Source of the DNA: Bacteriovoracaceae bacterium
Lineage (GTDB): Bacteria; Bdellovibrionota; Bacteriovoracia; Bacteriovoracales; Bacteriovoracaceae
Length of the DNA stretch: 43,210 nt
Reading direction: 5' to 3'
Assembly: GCA_041586955.1 (NCBI GenBank)
Contig: JBFGZE010000019.1
Location: forward strand, 1-43,210
The translations under genes were made by a program, and so were the position numbers. Positions within the stretch are counted from its first letter, which is position 1. Every line of letters starts with the position of its first letter. The notes beneath the pieces were generated by a model. That model saw only the letters and a list, made by a program, of their open reading frames with translations. It ran no database searches and had not been told where the DNA came from. Positions 17,986 to 28,812 of this stretch are shown piece by piece.

Positions 17986-20934
17986 ATGAGATTGATGAGT
18001 CATTTTTTAATTATTTTTGTATTTTTGCATGGCCAAATTTTTGGTCAAACAACTATCAATGCAAAGGGCGAAAAACGTTTGGGACCTTATCTCAATATGG
18101 AGGTAAAAAACCCTGCAAAAGATGTTGCCGACTTTACCCTCAAAGGTTGGCCAGTGCGCTCCAAATTACCCCAATCGGCACGCGAATCTAAATATTATCC
18201 CTATGGGGATCGTAAACTAAAAACTGGTACTTTTACGGATATCGATATTCAAGAAGTATCAACGTCTTCTGGGACAAGCTGTAGGCAATCGGTCTTTGAC
18301 TTTTCTAATATGGAAAGTATTCTCGGAGGTGTCACTCCTATTTATGAAAGATTTTGTGTTAATGATAATGGTCGCCGTGATAATCCGGCCAAGTATTGTC
18401 AGTGCATGAAAGAAAATACGAAACTTGAACAGGGTGGGAAATTAACGGCCAAGCAACTTAAGGCTACTCACGATTTTTTAAATGAATTAAAGGACGATTA
18501 TGCTGATGTGCTAACTGCTAATGCCATTGGTAAATACAAAAGAGCGGCCCGTATGCAAAGGGCGCTAGTTGATAACCCTCTCTCACAGCGTACGATTGAC
18601 CGCTATGGTAACTTTGAGGTTATAGCCAAAAAAATTGCTCCAAGAAAGAATGTTTATGAGATTGGATTCTCCTGCATTTCTGGAAATATTAATACTTTTA
18701 TGCAAAAGAGAGTTGAAAATAAAAGTTGTACAGATCAAGGACTAAACTATCTTAATGCTAAGTTAAAAGATCATACCCCTCGCAACTCATCTAACCCTGA
18801 GTTAATGCATTTACCAATGCACCAAGAGAATATATATCAAATTAATAGTGAAGCTCACCTTATAAAGGGGATTTCATCAGAGGTCTCACAAAATGTTAAT
18901 AATAATTTAAATATTGTGATTGCTGATGATTGGGCAAAAACTGGTACAGGTGATGCACCAGAAAAAGTAAATCCTTTCTCTCTCAACTTCTTTACCACTG
19001 TTTTTGGACAAAAGGATTATGCAAGTGAGAGTGATAAGCAAAAAATAATCGCGGATAATAAGTTTTCAGATAAAGAAATTGAATTTTTTAAAAATCGTCA
19101 TAAACAATTTGAGAGTGATCGCAAGGACTTTTTAGTAGCTCTGCAAAAGGCCCAGCAACGAAAGTCTAGTGGCCGATTATCTCATGAAGAACGAGCTATC
19201 ATCGATTATGTTAAAACCCATAATCCCTTTATTTATGATGCGCTCAAAAAAAAGGAGAATCCCAAGGCCCAATTAGACTATATCAATGGGATTCTGGCGA
19301 AAGAATTGGGTATCTTGAAAAACCAAAATAAAGATCGTCAATTAACTATCGATGATGCATGGGATTCCCTTTACCACCATGGTTTTGTCAAGTCCTTCAA
19401 TGATTGCGCGCAGGCCATGGACCAACTCGCTCAAGTTTGTGAAAAAGGGAGTCAGAATAAATTGAATGCCAGCTTTTTTGAGGATTTAATTAATTGGATG
19501 GGGGAAGATTTTTTCGAAGAATTGGCGGATAAAAAAGGTGTCGCCGTTGAAGTTCTTCAGCATAATGTTGGCATGGTGAGTTGCATGGCCTTAGATGGTA
19601 ATAAGGATCGACGTGGCTTTTGCGTCAATGATATGGAATGGGCCATTACTGATAAATCAATGAATAAAGTCGTCAATGATTTTCCTCAATACCTATGTGC
19701 CGATAAATCACCGGGATTTAATGCGCAACTTGAGAAATCGATCTTGCTTCCTGATGTTGCAGAGGGCCGATTGCCGAGTCAAAAATCTCAACCGAGTAAT
19801 GTTTATTTTCAAACTGGAACTAAAGTGGCCAGTAAAACAAATTTTTCTAAAACAGATGCTTTTCAAGAAATGGTGAATAAGATGGCCTCACCTAAGAAAA
19901 CGTTTAACACAGATAGTTCACCACGCCGCAATCGCTCCAATGGCATGAGTGATGAGAATCAATTAGGGGAGGGAAGAGGTTCTCAAAGATTAGAGGACGG
20001 ACCTATTATTGATCACAATGCTGGCTACTTTGAAGCGTTTAATTCCTACGAGAATTCACGTCTCATTGATGAGGCCAATCAGTCTAAGGGCAATAATCTC
20101 AAATCAAAAGAGGCCACCTTACAAGTACCAAAAGAAAATTTATCCGATTATGAGAAAATGCTACTAGAAAAGCTTAATTCACTTGAAGAAAAGCAAAAAA
20201 AATTAATTGAAAAGTACGAATCAAAAACTAAAAAAGAAGAAGAACTAGAGAAAAAAAATCTCGCCAATGATAAAAAGAAATCTAAAGGTAAGGGGAAGCC
20301 GCCAAAAATGAACAACGTCGATCAGGCGGAATTTACACGGCTACATGCTGAAATTAATAAATTAAAAGAAGCCCTTAGGTCAAAAAACAATAATGCTAGC
20401 AGGATTCCCTATCAAGTGGCACAGACCGAAAAATATAATAACCCGATAGGATCCCAATATAAGGCACCACAAAGGGAATTTGGGCGTCGAACGATTCAAT
20501 CAGCGTCCTATTCGCGAGCGGCGAACTCTTCTGATCTAAGTCGCCTGGCGAAGGTCGCACCACAACGCCCCAATAATCAGTCCAATCGCCTAAGATCCAT
20601 TCAATTGACTTCTAAAGAAATATCTACTGCAATTCAAGTCAAAAGCGAAGGCCAAGTACAGGAGCAATTGGCCAAAAATGGCGGCCGTCCTGTTTTGGTT
20701 AAATTGGCCAATGAAGTTTATCGCTATGAGTATATCCTGGATCAGAAGACTGGTAGGCCTAAAAAAGATAAAAATGGCCAACCGCTCCTGAAAAAGGTTT
20801 TGGTGCGAATTAGGCCTAAGATGAAAGGTCAAAATAACGCTAAGGTCAAGAAGAAAAGCAAGGTTCAAAGGCCGGCACACCGGCGAATCAAAGTAAAAGA
20901 TCTTAATTCTCTTATTGAAAAGGCCAAAAACTAA
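17986..20934 (+). CDS. Large exported hypothetical protein (Cys-containing N/mid region, coiled coil, basic C-terminus)
   Basis: Open frame of ~980 codons; signal-peptide-like MRLMSHFLIIFVFLHGQIFG. Start 17986 or 17995. Confidence 0.75.
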   Translation: MRLMSHFLIIFVFLHGQIFGQTTINAKGEKRLGPYLNMEVKNPAKDVADFTLKGWPVRSKLPQSARESKYYPYGDRKLKTGTFTDIDIQEVSTSSGTSCRQSVFDFSNMESILGGVTPIYERFCVNDNGRRDNPAKYCQCMKENTKLEQGGKLTAKQLKATHDFLNELKDDYADVLTANAIGKYKRAARMQRALVDNPLSQRTIDRYGNFEVIAKKIAPRKNVYEIGFSCISGNINTFMQKRVENKSCTDQGLNYLNAKLKDHTPRNSSNPELMHLPMHQENIYQINSEAHLIKGISSEVSQNVNNNLNIVIADDWAKTGTGDAPEKVNPFSLNFFTTVFGQKDYASESDKQKIIADNKFSDKEIEFFKNRHKQFESDRKDFLVALQKAQQRKSSGRLSHEERAIIDYVKTHNPFIYDALKKKENPKAQLDYINGILAKELGILKNQNKDRQLTIDDAWDSLYHHGFVKSFNDCAQAMDQLAQVCEKGSQNKLNASFFEDLINWMGEDFFEELADKKGVAVEVLQHNVGMVSCMALDGNKDRRGFCVNDMEWAITDKSMNKVVNDFPQYLCADKSPGFNAQLEKSILLPDVAEGRLPSQKSQPSNVYFQTGTKVASKTNFSKTDAFQEMVNKMASPKKTFNTDSSPRRNRSNGMSDENQLGEGRGSQRLEDGPIIDHNAGYFEAFNSYENSRLIDEANQSKGNNLKSKEATLQVPKENLSDYEKMLLEKLNSLEEKQKKLIEKYESKTKKEEELEKKNLANDKKKSKGKGKPPKMNNVDQAEFTRLHAEINKLKEALRSKNNNASRIPYQVAQTEKYNNPIGSQYKAPQREFGRRTIQSASYSRAANSSDLSRLAKVAPQRPNNQSNRLRSIQLTSKEISTAIQVKSEGQVQEQLAKNGGRPVLVKLANEVYRYEYILDQKTGRPKKDKNGQPLLKKVLVRIRPKMKGQNNAKVKKKSKVQRPAHRRIKVKDLNSLIEKAKN

Positions 20935-20972
20935 ACTTGGCCAAAAGCTTAGGGATAATTTAAAACTATAGA

Positions 20973-22298
20973 ATGTCCCTTTCTATACAGCGAATTCGCA
21001 TAATTATGAAGCTGGCCCTGCCTTTAATTGGTGGGATGATGTCACAAAATATCCTCAATTTAGTGGACGCTCTTATGGTGGGACGTCTTGGGGATGCGGC
21101 CCTCGCTGCAACTGGCATTGGTGGCTTCTTTACCTTTATGGGCCAGGCATTTATTATTGGTCTCGCAATTGGGGTTCAGGCCATTACCGCTCGCCGGTTT
21201 GGAGAGGGGCGGACAGACAGTGGACGAGTACTTAACCATGGGCTTCTTTTAACGGCTTCCATGGCCATCCCGTTGACCTTTGTTCTTTGGTTTTCGGCAC
21301 CCTTTTTATTTCCCTATTTAAATGATGACCCACAGGTTATTCAATTCGGTTTGTCATATTATCGTATTCGCATATTAGGGACTGTCTTTGTCGGCTTTAA
21401 TTTTGCTTTTCGTGGATTTTTTAGTGGAATTAATCAGGCCCAGGTTTATTTTAAAACTCTGCTCTTAATGCATATCCTTAATGCTCTTCTCAATGCCGTC
21501 CTCATTTTTGGACTCGGGCCTTTTCCCGCGCTGGGTGTCGAAGGGGCGGCTTGGGGTAGTATGCTTAGTATGGGAATGGGTAGTCTTCTTTATTTCTTTT
21601 CTGGTATTAAAATTGCTTCGAAACTTAGTTTCCTTAAGGCCGGTTTTGAAAAGGGTCTAATGGTTCAAATGCTTAAATTGTCCCTGCCAACGGGGATTCA
21701 GCAATTCTTTTTTGCCTCTGGCCTAACCGCGCTATATTGGATTGTCGGTAAGGTGGGCACTGCAGAATTAGCGGCCTCTAATATTATGATTACCATTATG
21801 CTTGTCATGATTTTACCATCTTTAGGTTTAGGTCTTGCCGGCGCCAGCTTGGTGGGTCAATCCCTGGGAGAGAAAAATTATGAAGCAGCTTTTTCTTGGG
21901 GGATCGATATCTCTCTATTGGCGGGCATGGCCATTTTTGTTTTAAGTTTACCGTTGGTCTTTTTCCCCTCCTGGACCTTGGGACTTTTTCTTACTAATGA
22001 CGCAACAGTTGCCTTGGCCATTACGCCTTTGCGGATTACGGGAATGGTTTTATGGTTTGATAGTATAGGACTGGTTTTACAGCAAACGCTCCTCGGTGCT
22101 GGAGATAGTAAACGAGTCAGTATTGTGAGCATTTCCACTCAATGGCTTTTCTTTTTACCAATTGCCTACATTGGTGGCGTTGTTTTTGGGAAAGGATTAC
22201 TTTTTATTTGGGTTTTTCAAATGATTTATCGTGCCCTTTTAACATTAATTCTGGGGCATATGTGGTTGCGAAGAAAATGGCAAAAAATAAAAGTTTGA
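20973..22298 (+). CDS. MATE family efflux transporter
   Basis: LALPL, D..MVGRLG..ALAA, NAVLIFG.GPFPALGVEGAA, VGQSLG; about 12 TM segments. Confidence 0.95.
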   Translation: MSLSIQRIRIIMKLALPLIGGMMSQNILNLVDALMVGRLGDAALAATGIGGFFTFMGQAFIIGLAIGVQAITARRFGEGRTDSGRVLNHGLLLTASMAIPLTFVLWFSAPFLFPYLNDDPQVIQFGLSYYRIRILGTVFVGFNFAFRGFFSGINQAQVYFKTLLLMHILNALLNAVLIFGLGPFPALGVEGAAWGSMLSMGMGSLLYFFSGIKIASKLSFLKAGFEKGLMVQMLKLSLPTGIQQFFFASGLTALYWIVGKVGTAELAASNIMITIMLVMILPSLGLGLAGASLVGQSLGEKNYEAAFSWGIDISLLAGMAIFVLSLPLVFFPSWTLGLFLTNDATVALAITPLRITGMVLWFDSIGLVLQQTLLGAGDSKRVSIVSISTQWLFFLPIAYIGGVVFGKGLLFIWVFQMIYRALLTLILGHMWLRRKWQKIKV

Positions 22299-22336
22299 CC
22301 CTTGCTTTCGTGGTCGGCCCTTGAAACAATGGGGTT

Positions 22337-23392
22337 ATGAAAAAAATAATTATTCTTTGGGCCCTACTTTTCTCTTCCCTATCTCTTGCCAAGAGTACCC
22401 TTACTTATTCTGCTCCAGTGGATGTTCTTCATTTTCTGGATCAGCTTGCCAAATGGCATCCGCAAATGACAGGGACTTATCGGGAGGCGTTCAAAGCGAA
22501 GTTTGGGCAATTGACTCAAGACGATTTACGCTTTTTAGATCGCTATTCTAATTTACGGCAAAAGAGCTTGAGTCAAATATCTAATACGGAAACCTTTTTG
22601 ATTGCCTCTGAGCGGCAACCATGGGGTACTTTTGATCAAGCGTTTATTAAGGCACGGACACTTAATGATGTTTTTCCACTTTTAAAAGGCTCCTATACTG
22701 AGCAGGAGATCGAATTTTTTAAAAGCATTATTAAACGTTTTCAAAAACAATTATCCCATTTTATGGGAGAGAGTGCTCAATTTCGCAAAAATTTAAAAGA
22801 TCATGAAAAGCGTCTTGTTAAGAAAAAATGGGCGAACTATCGTAAGCGCCTAACCAAGCTATTGGGCCATCAACCTAAAATTGTTAAAGGACAAAAAGTC
22901 TTTTTTGTCTGGTGGCCTAAGGATAAGGCCCCAAGCTTAAAATTATGGGGTCATCATCTTCTGGTTGGCATTAATCCTCTTCACGATATTCAAGAGGATC
23001 AATTGCACAGGCTTTTAGGATTAGGTCTGGCGAAGGCCTGGCTGGCCGCACTGGCCCCAAATGATAAATTGCAATTAACGAAGGTCTTTCTTGAGGGATG
23101 TAAAACGAAAACGGCGCAACTTAACGCACTGAGGTTGAATAATGGACTTAGAGAAAGTTTTCTATGGGCATTTGGGCCACTTTTGTGGCAGCAAGTCAGA
23201 CATCGCAAAAAAGATTTGATCAAAGATCTCATTCCCACCACCGCTCACCCTATGACTTCATTATTAGCGCCTTTATGGGCCTATAAAATTAATAATTACT
23301 TGCAGCAGAAAAAGAATATTGGTCCTGCTCTCATGCAAATCATGGCCGTCGATTGCCACCATATGATTCGTTTTCTAGACTCTCGGCGTTAG
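22337..23392 (+). CDS. Hypothetical exported protein
   Basis: Signal peptide MKKIIILWALLFSSLSLA; family not recognised. Confidence 0.75.
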   Translation: MKKIIILWALLFSSLSLAKSTLTYSAPVDVLHFLDQLAKWHPQMTGTYREAFKAKFGQLTQDDLRFLDRYSNLRQKSLSQISNTETFLIASERQPWGTFDQAFIKARTLNDVFPLLKGSYTEQEIEFFKSIIKRFQKQLSHFMGESAQFRKNLKDHEKRLVKKKWANYRKRLTKLLGHQPKIVKGQKVFFVWWPKDKAPSLKLWGHHLLVGINPLHDIQEDQLHRLLGLGLAKAWLAALAPNDKLQLTKVFLEGCKTKTAQLNALRLNNGLRESFLWAFGPLLWQQVRHRKKDLIKDLIPTTAHPMTSLLAPLWAYKINNYLQQKKNIGPALMQIMAVDCHHMIRFLDSRR

Positions 23393-23469
23393 TTACGAAA
23401 GATCCGCGAATCAATGGACGTTATCCCTCAGTTTCTGGCATAATGACCGCCATATAACTGAGGGTATTT

Positions 23470-25095
23470 ATGGATATCATTGAATCGAAAATTAATTCGC
23501 AATCGAGTGACTTTAAAGAAAATCAAAAATTTCATCATGCTTTACGGGACGAATTGCGTGAGCGCTTGGATCTTGTCAAAAAAGGTGGCGGTGAAAAGGC
23601 CGTTGAGCGCCATCATGGCCGCGGCAAGTCTCTACCACGTGAACGGATTGACCAAATATTAGATGAGGGTTCTCCCTTTATTGAATTATCGGCCTTGGCC
23701 GGGCACGAGCTGTATGAAGGAATTGATGTTCCATCTGCGGGTATTATTACTGGTATCGGTCGGGTTCATGGTGTTGAGTGTTTATTTGTCGCCAACGATG
23801 CAACTGTGAAGGGAGGTACCTATTTTCCCATTACTGTTAAGAAGCATTTACGTGCTCAAGAGGTGGCATTAAAGAATCGCTTACCTTGTATTTATTTAGT
23901 CGACTCTGGTGGTGCATTTTTACCGATGCAAGATGAGGTCTTTCCCGATAAAGATCATTTTGGTCGCATCTTTTATAATCAGGCGCAAATGTCAGCAAAG
24001 GGGATACCCCAAATTGCTGTGGTCTGTGGATCTTGCACCGCTGGTGGTGCTTATGTGCCAGCAATGGCAGATGAGTCTATTATTGTTAAAGGTAATGGAA
24101 CAATCTTCTTGGCCGGACCTCCTCTCGTGAAGGCGGCGACCGGAGAAGAGGTGAGCGCAGAAGAACTTGGTGGTGCTCGGGTTCACACTCAAGAATCAGG
24201 AGTCGCGGATCATTTTGCTGAGACAGAAGAAGAAGCGATGGATATGTGTCGCAATATTGTTGAAAATCTTAATTATCGTTCAGCCGGCGCTTTATTGGGC
24301 CAAAAGGAAATGAAGGTTGTTGAGAGACCAATTTTTTCACCTCAAGAATTATATGGAGTGGTTCCTGCGGATACGCGCACACCATTTGATATTCGAGAAG
24401 TGATCACTCGCTTGGTTGATGGTTCTGAGTTCCACGAGTTCAAGGCAAAGTATGGCACTACTTTAGTCTGTGGTTTTGCTCGTATCCATGGATTTTCAGT
24501 GGGGATTGTCGCCAATAATGGTATTTTATTTTCGGAATCCGCTCAAAAGGGTGCCCATTTTATTGAACTTTGTGGCCAGCGGAAAATTCCTCTTCTCTTT
24601 TTACAAAATATCACCGGTTTTATGGTGGGAAAAAAATACGAAAGTGAAGGTATCGCTAAGCACGGGGCAAAGATGGTGACCGCTGTGTCTACTGTTAACG
24701 TTCCTAAATTAACCGTGATCATTGGTGGCTCTTTTGGAGCTGGTAATTACGGGATGTGTGGCCGGGCCTATGATCCGCGTTTTTTATGGATGTGGCCTAA
24801 TGCTCGTATCTCCGTTATGGGTGGAGAGCAGGCGGCAGGTGTTTTGGCCACTGTTCGTCAGGATGGACTTAAGGCCCGTGGCGGGAAGATCATGACAGCA
24901 AAAGAAGAAGCGGACTTTAAACAACCGATTCTTGATAAATATGAAAAAGAAGGCTCCGCATATTATTCAACGGCAAGGCTATGGGATGACGGTATCATTG
25001 AGCCAGGTGATACCCGTGATATTCTTGGATTGGCCTTGAGTGCAACCTTAAATACACCAATTGAAGAGCCTCAATTTGGTGTTTTTAGAATGTAG
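23470..25095 (+). CDS. liuB: 3-methylcrotonyl-CoA carboxylase carboxyltransferase (beta) subunit
   Basis: [72 protein letters not shown]; pathway context. Confidence 0.93.
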   Translation: MDIIESKINSQSSDFKENQKFHHALRDELRERLDLVKKGGGEKAVERHHGRGKSLPRERIDQILDEGSPFIELSALAGHELYEGIDVPSAGIITGIGRVHGVECLFVANDATVKGGTYFPITVKKHLRAQEVALKNRLPCIYLVDSGGAFLPMQDEVFPDKDHFGRIFYNQAQMSAKGIPQIAVVCGSCTAGGAYVPAMADESIIVKGNGTIFLAGPPLVKAATGEEVSAEELGGARVHTQESGVADHFAETEEEAMDMCRNIVENLNYRSAGALLGQKEMKVVERPIFSPQELYGVVPADTRTPFDIREVITRLVDGSEFHEFKAKYGTTLVCGFARIHGFSVGIVANNGILFSESAQKGAHFIELCGQRKIPLLFLQNITGFMVGKKYESEGIAKHGAKMVTAVSTVNVPKLTVIIGGSFGAGNYGMCGRAYDPRFLWMWPNARISVMGGEQAAGVLATVRQDGLKARGGKIMTAKEEADFKQPILDKYEKEGSAYYSTARLWDDGIIEPGDTRDILGLALSATLNTPIEEPQFGVFRM

Positions 25096-25102
25096 GTTTT
25101 TT

Positions 25103-25903
25103 ATGAATGAACCATTATTATTAATTGACAAAAATAAAACGAAGGGCGTGACTTACCTCACGCTTAATAGACCTCAAATTCATAATGCGTTTAATGACGA
25201 ATTAATCCAATTATTGATTAACGCCTTTGAAGATTTAAAAAAATGTTCCCAAACGAGGGTTGTGGTCTTAACGGGCGCTGGAAAATCTTTTTGTGCCGGT
25301 GCCGACCTTAATTGGATGAAAAAAATGGTCGATTATTCCCATGAGGAAAATCGCCAGGACAGCTTTTTGTTGGTGGATCTATTTAATAGTATTAACCTTT
25401 TTCCAAGGCCTGTCATTGCTTTACAAAATGGTGCTGCTTTAGGTGGTGGTGCTGGACTCTTGGCCTGTTGTGATTATGTTCTCGCTCAGGAGAACGCAAA
25501 AATTGGTTTTACTGAAGTCCGATTAGGTCTTGTTCCTGCAGTCATCTCTCCATTTGTCATTGCTAAAATTGGAGAAAGTCAGGCGCGTGCAAGTTTTCTT
25601 CACGGCGCCATTTTTAAGGCCCCTCGTGCTCTTAATATGGGTCTTGTCCATGAAGTGTGCGCTATTGCCGATTGGCAAAAACGGAGCGAGGAATTGATCA
25701 CAGAGTTTTTAGCTGTTGGTCCCAATGCCCAAAAAGAGGCCAAGGCGTTAATCGCTGGCGTGATGACTCGTCTTCCACAGGGAATTAACGAACAGATGAA
25801 TGATTTCACCGTAGGGACCATCGCAAAGATGCGAGTTTCAGCTGAAGGCCAAGAGGGGATGAAGGCCCTCTTGGAAAAAAGACCGGCGGAGTGGCAAGTA
25901 TGA
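25103..25903 (+). CDS. liuC: Enoyl-CoA hydratase family, probable methylglutaconyl-CoA hydratase
   Basis: LNRPQIHNAF, FCAGADLNWM, GAALGGG, EVRLGLVPAVISPFV; lies between the MCC subunits. Start moved to ATG 25103. Confidence 0.85.
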   Translation: MNEPLLLIDKNKTKGVTYLTLNRPQIHNAFNDELIQLLINAFEDLKKCSQTRVVVLTGAGKSFCAGADLNWMKKMVDYSHEENRQDSFLLVDLFNSINLFPRPVIALQNGAALGGGAGLLACCDYVLAQENAKIGFTEVRLGLVPAVISPFVIAKIGESQARASFLHGAIFKAPRALNMGLVHEVCAIADWQKRSEELITEFLAVGPNAQKEAKALIAGVMTRLPQGINEQMNDFTVGTIAKMRVSAEGQEGMKALLEKRPAEWQV

Positions 25904-27399
25904 GTAAGAATAGAACAATTAAGCGGATCTTAATGGCGAATAGAGGCGAGATTGCTTGCCGAGTGATTCGCTCTTGTCGAGAAATGGGGATCGAAGTGGT
26001 TACCCTTTTTACCCCGGTAGAAGCTGATTATCCCCATCGCTTATTGGCCGATTTTTCAGTTAATCTTGGGGACGGTAATTTGGCCGAGACTTATCTCAAT
26101 CAAGAAAAAATTATTGCCATCGCCAAAAAGTATAACGTGGATGCGATTCATCCGGGTTATGGTTTTCTCTCTGAGAATGCCGCTTTTGCCCGATTAGTCG
26201 CTAAAAATGAATTAATTTTAATTGGACCGACGGCCGAGAATATGACCCTCATGGGTGATAAAAAGGCATCTAAACAATTAATGGAAGAAATTGGGGTTCC
26301 TCTTATTCCCGGTTATCATGGAGATAAGCAGGATCATGAGTTTCTTTTTCAAGAGGCCAAGAAAATTGGTCTCCCCCTTCTTATTAAAGCATCAGCTGGA
26401 GGTGGGGGAAAAGGTATGCGGGTCGTTAATGATTGGGAGCAATTTGAAACTGAATTAGCGGCAGCGAAGCGCGAGGCGATGAATGCATTTGGTGATGATA
26501 TCGTTCTCTTAGAGCGATATATTACATCCCCACGCCATATCGAGATTCAAGTGATTAGTGACCAACTAGGGAATCATTATCATTTATTTGAGAGGGAATG
26601 CTCTATTCAAAGACGGCACCAAAAAATGGTGGAGGAGAGTCCATCCTCTGTCCTGACACCCGAGCTACGAGAAAAAATGGCCCAAGATGCTGTCACGATT
26701 GCTTCTCATATTAATTATGTTGGTGCCGGAACGATTGAATATATCCTGGATCTTGATGGAAGTTATTATTTTCTTGAAATGAATACTCGTTTACAAGTTG
26801 AACATCCTGTTACGGAATTTGTCACGGGACTTGACCTCGTGAAGCTTCAAATCCAAGTGGCCCAAGGGCAAGCTCTGCCGTTTAAGCAAGAAGACCTTAG
26901 ACAAGCAGGCCACGCTATTGAAGTTCGTCTTTACGCTGAAGACCCTGATAATAATTTTTTGCCATCCATTGGTGTGATTGAATCTATTGGCCAGACCAAT
27001 GGTGATTGCCGATTGGATATTGGTCTGGTTAATGGCAATGAAGTTTCCGTTAATTTTGATCCTATGTTGGCCAAGTTGATTTCTTATGGTGTTGATCGTG
27101 AGGATGCTCGTCTTAAATTGATAGAGGCGTTAAAGGATTACCCTTTTATTGGAGTCAAAACTAACCGTGAATATTTATTGCGGATTTTAAAACACCCGGA
27201 GTTTATCAAAGGAAATACTTTGACCCACTTTGTCTCCACTTATGAAGGTGACCTTGGCCATGTCCCATTAACGAATGAGGAAAAAATGATTGCCTGTGCA
27301 CTTGGTGTCCTTTCTAGCAGCGCCGATAGTAGCGGACCAGAGACTAAGCAAAAAGTTGACCAGACTCCTTGGGCGCACTTACATGGTTTTAGGAATTAG
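25900..27399 (+). CDS. liuD: Biotin carboxylase domain of MCC alpha subunit (no BCCP domain)
   Basis: ANRGEIA, HPGYGFLSEN, GGGGKGMR, RECSIQRRHQK, EMNTRLQVEHPVTE, FDPMLAK. ATGA overlap with liuC. Confidence 0.9.
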   Translation: MSKNRTIKRILMANRGEIACRVIRSCREMGIEVVTLFTPVEADYPHRLLADFSVNLGDGNLAETYLNQEKIIAIAKKYNVDAIHPGYGFLSENAAFARLVAKNELILIGPTAENMTLMGDKKASKQLMEEIGVPLIPGYHGDKQDHEFLFQEAKKIGLPLLIKASAGGGGKGMRVVNDWEQFETELAAAKREAMNAFGDDIVLLERYITSPRHIEIQVISDQLGNHYHLFERECSIQRRHQKMVEESPSSVLTPELREKMAQDAVTIASHINYVGAGTIEYILDLDGSYYFLEMNTRLQVEHPVTEFVTGLDLVKLQIQVAQGQALPFKQEDLRQAGHAIEVRLYAEDPDNNFLPSIGVIESIGQTNGDCRLDIGLVNGNEVSVNFDPMLAKLISYGVDREDARLKLIEALKDYPFIGVKTNREYLLRILKHPEFIKGNTLTHFVSTYEGDLGHVPLTNEEKMIACALGVLSSSADSSGPETKQKVDQTPWAHLHGFRN

Positions 27400-27407
27400 A
27401 GGCCTTT

Positions 27408-27881
27408 ATGAAAAAGAAAATGCGTATTAATAATGAAGTTTGTGAATTTGATCTTAAAAAAGAGGGTCAAACTTTGATTATAGCACTGGGCGATCAGGAA
27501 ATACGTGCCCAATTACTGCCTACCCTAACTCCAGGAGTCGTCCATTTAGATATTGATGGCCGGCAAATGCGTTTTCCTTACGCTCATGGGAAAGGTCTAC
27601 TCGGTGAGAAGGATCTACTTGTTGAAACGAAATTTCGTAAATCTGCAAAGCATGAAGAAGAGGGGTCCTTAGTGAGCCCGATGCCCGGTAAAATTTTACA
27701 AGTTTTGGTACAGAAAGGCGATCAAGTTGCAGCAGGTGAATCTCTGATCGTGATGGAGGCCATGAAAATGGAGCATACGATTAAAGCGGTTATGGCGGCA
27801 ACTGTTGAAAAGATTTTATATAAAGAAGGTGACCTCGTAGATGGTGGTGTCCAATTGGTTGAACTGAAGGATCAAGCATGA
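27408..27881 (+). CDS. Biotin carboxyl carrier protein (separated C-terminal part of MCC alpha)
   Basis: SPMPGKI and EAMKME biotinylation motif; GAGG upstream. Confidence 0.9.
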   Translation: MKKKMRINNEVCEFDLKKEGQTLIIALGDQEIRAQLLPTLTPGVVHLDIDGRQMRFPYAHGKGLLGEKDLLVETKFRKSAKHEEEGSLVSPMPGKILQVLVQKGDQVAAGESLIVMEAMKMEHTIKAVMAATVEKILYKEGDLVDGGVQLVELKDQA

Positions 27882-28804
27882 GCTCATTAAATTATCCATC
27901 AAGCATGGAAATCATTGAAGTCGGTCCAAGAGACGGTTTACAGAACGAAGAAGCAGTTCTGGAAACTAATGATAAGGTTAAATTTATTCAATTATTACGC
28001 GAATCTGGCCTTAAAACGATTGAAGCGACCAGCTTTGTGCGGCCAGATCGGATACCTCAAATGGGTGATGCCAGTGAGCTAATGAAAAAATTGGTAAAAA
28101 CCAAAGAATTTGAGGATGGACATTACCCTTGTCTTGTTCCCAATATGAAGGGCCTTGAAAGTGCCATTGATCATGGAGTCAAAGATATCGCTGTCTTTAC
28201 AGCAACCAGCGATACGTTTAATCAGAAAAATATTAATGCGACAGTTAAAGAAAGTTTAGAGCGCTTAGGTCCGGTCGTTGCCAAAGCGCGTGCTGAAAAC
28301 CTAAGAGTACGGGGTTATGTCTCCACCGCTTTTGGCTGTCCCTATGAAGGTGAGTCTAGTATTGAGAAATTGGTGACAATTACCCAAGAATTATTATCTT
28401 GGGGCTGTTATGAGGTCTCTGTAGGTGACACTATTGGCGTGGCCCACCCTTTATTAATTGAAAAAACATTGGCCGTGATGGCGCGCAATCAAATACCTTC
28501 ATCACGCATTGCTCTTCACTTTCACGACACCAGGGGCATGGCATTGGTCAACATCCATAAAGCTCTAATTTTGGGCTATTATAAGTTCGATTCTTCTGCT
28601 GGAGGACTGGGCGGTTGTCCTTATGCTGTTGGTGCGACAGGTAATGTTGCGACAGAAGACCTGGTCTATTTGGCCGAAAAACTGGGAATTAATTGCGGCG
28701 TTGATATGGACAAATTGGTCAAGGCATCTAGTTTTATTCTTAAAAAATTAAATAAAGTATCACCTTCTAAATTTCACCAGGCCTATCAGGCGAAGAAAAA
28801 ATAG
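27878..28804 (+). CDS. liuE: Hydroxymethylglutaryl-CoA lyase
   Basis: EVGPRDGLQNE, FGCPYEG, GDTIG, HFHDTRG, GGLGGCPYA.GATGNVATED. Confidence 0.95.
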   Translation: MSSLNYPSSMEIIEVGPRDGLQNEEAVLETNDKVKFIQLLRESGLKTIEATSFVRPDRIPQMGDASELMKKLVKTKEFEDGHYPCLVPNMKGLESAIDHGVKDIAVFTATSDTFNQKNINATVKESLERLGPVVAKARAENLRVRGYVSTAFGCPYEGESSIEKLVTITQELLSWGCYEVSVGDTIGVAHPLLIEKTLAVMARNQIPSSRIALHFHDTRGMALVNIHKALILGYYKFDSSAGGLGGCPYAVGATGNVATEDLVYLAEKLGINCGVDMDKLVKASSFILKKLNKVSPSKFHQAYQAKKK

Positions 28805-28812
28805 GAAGTTTT

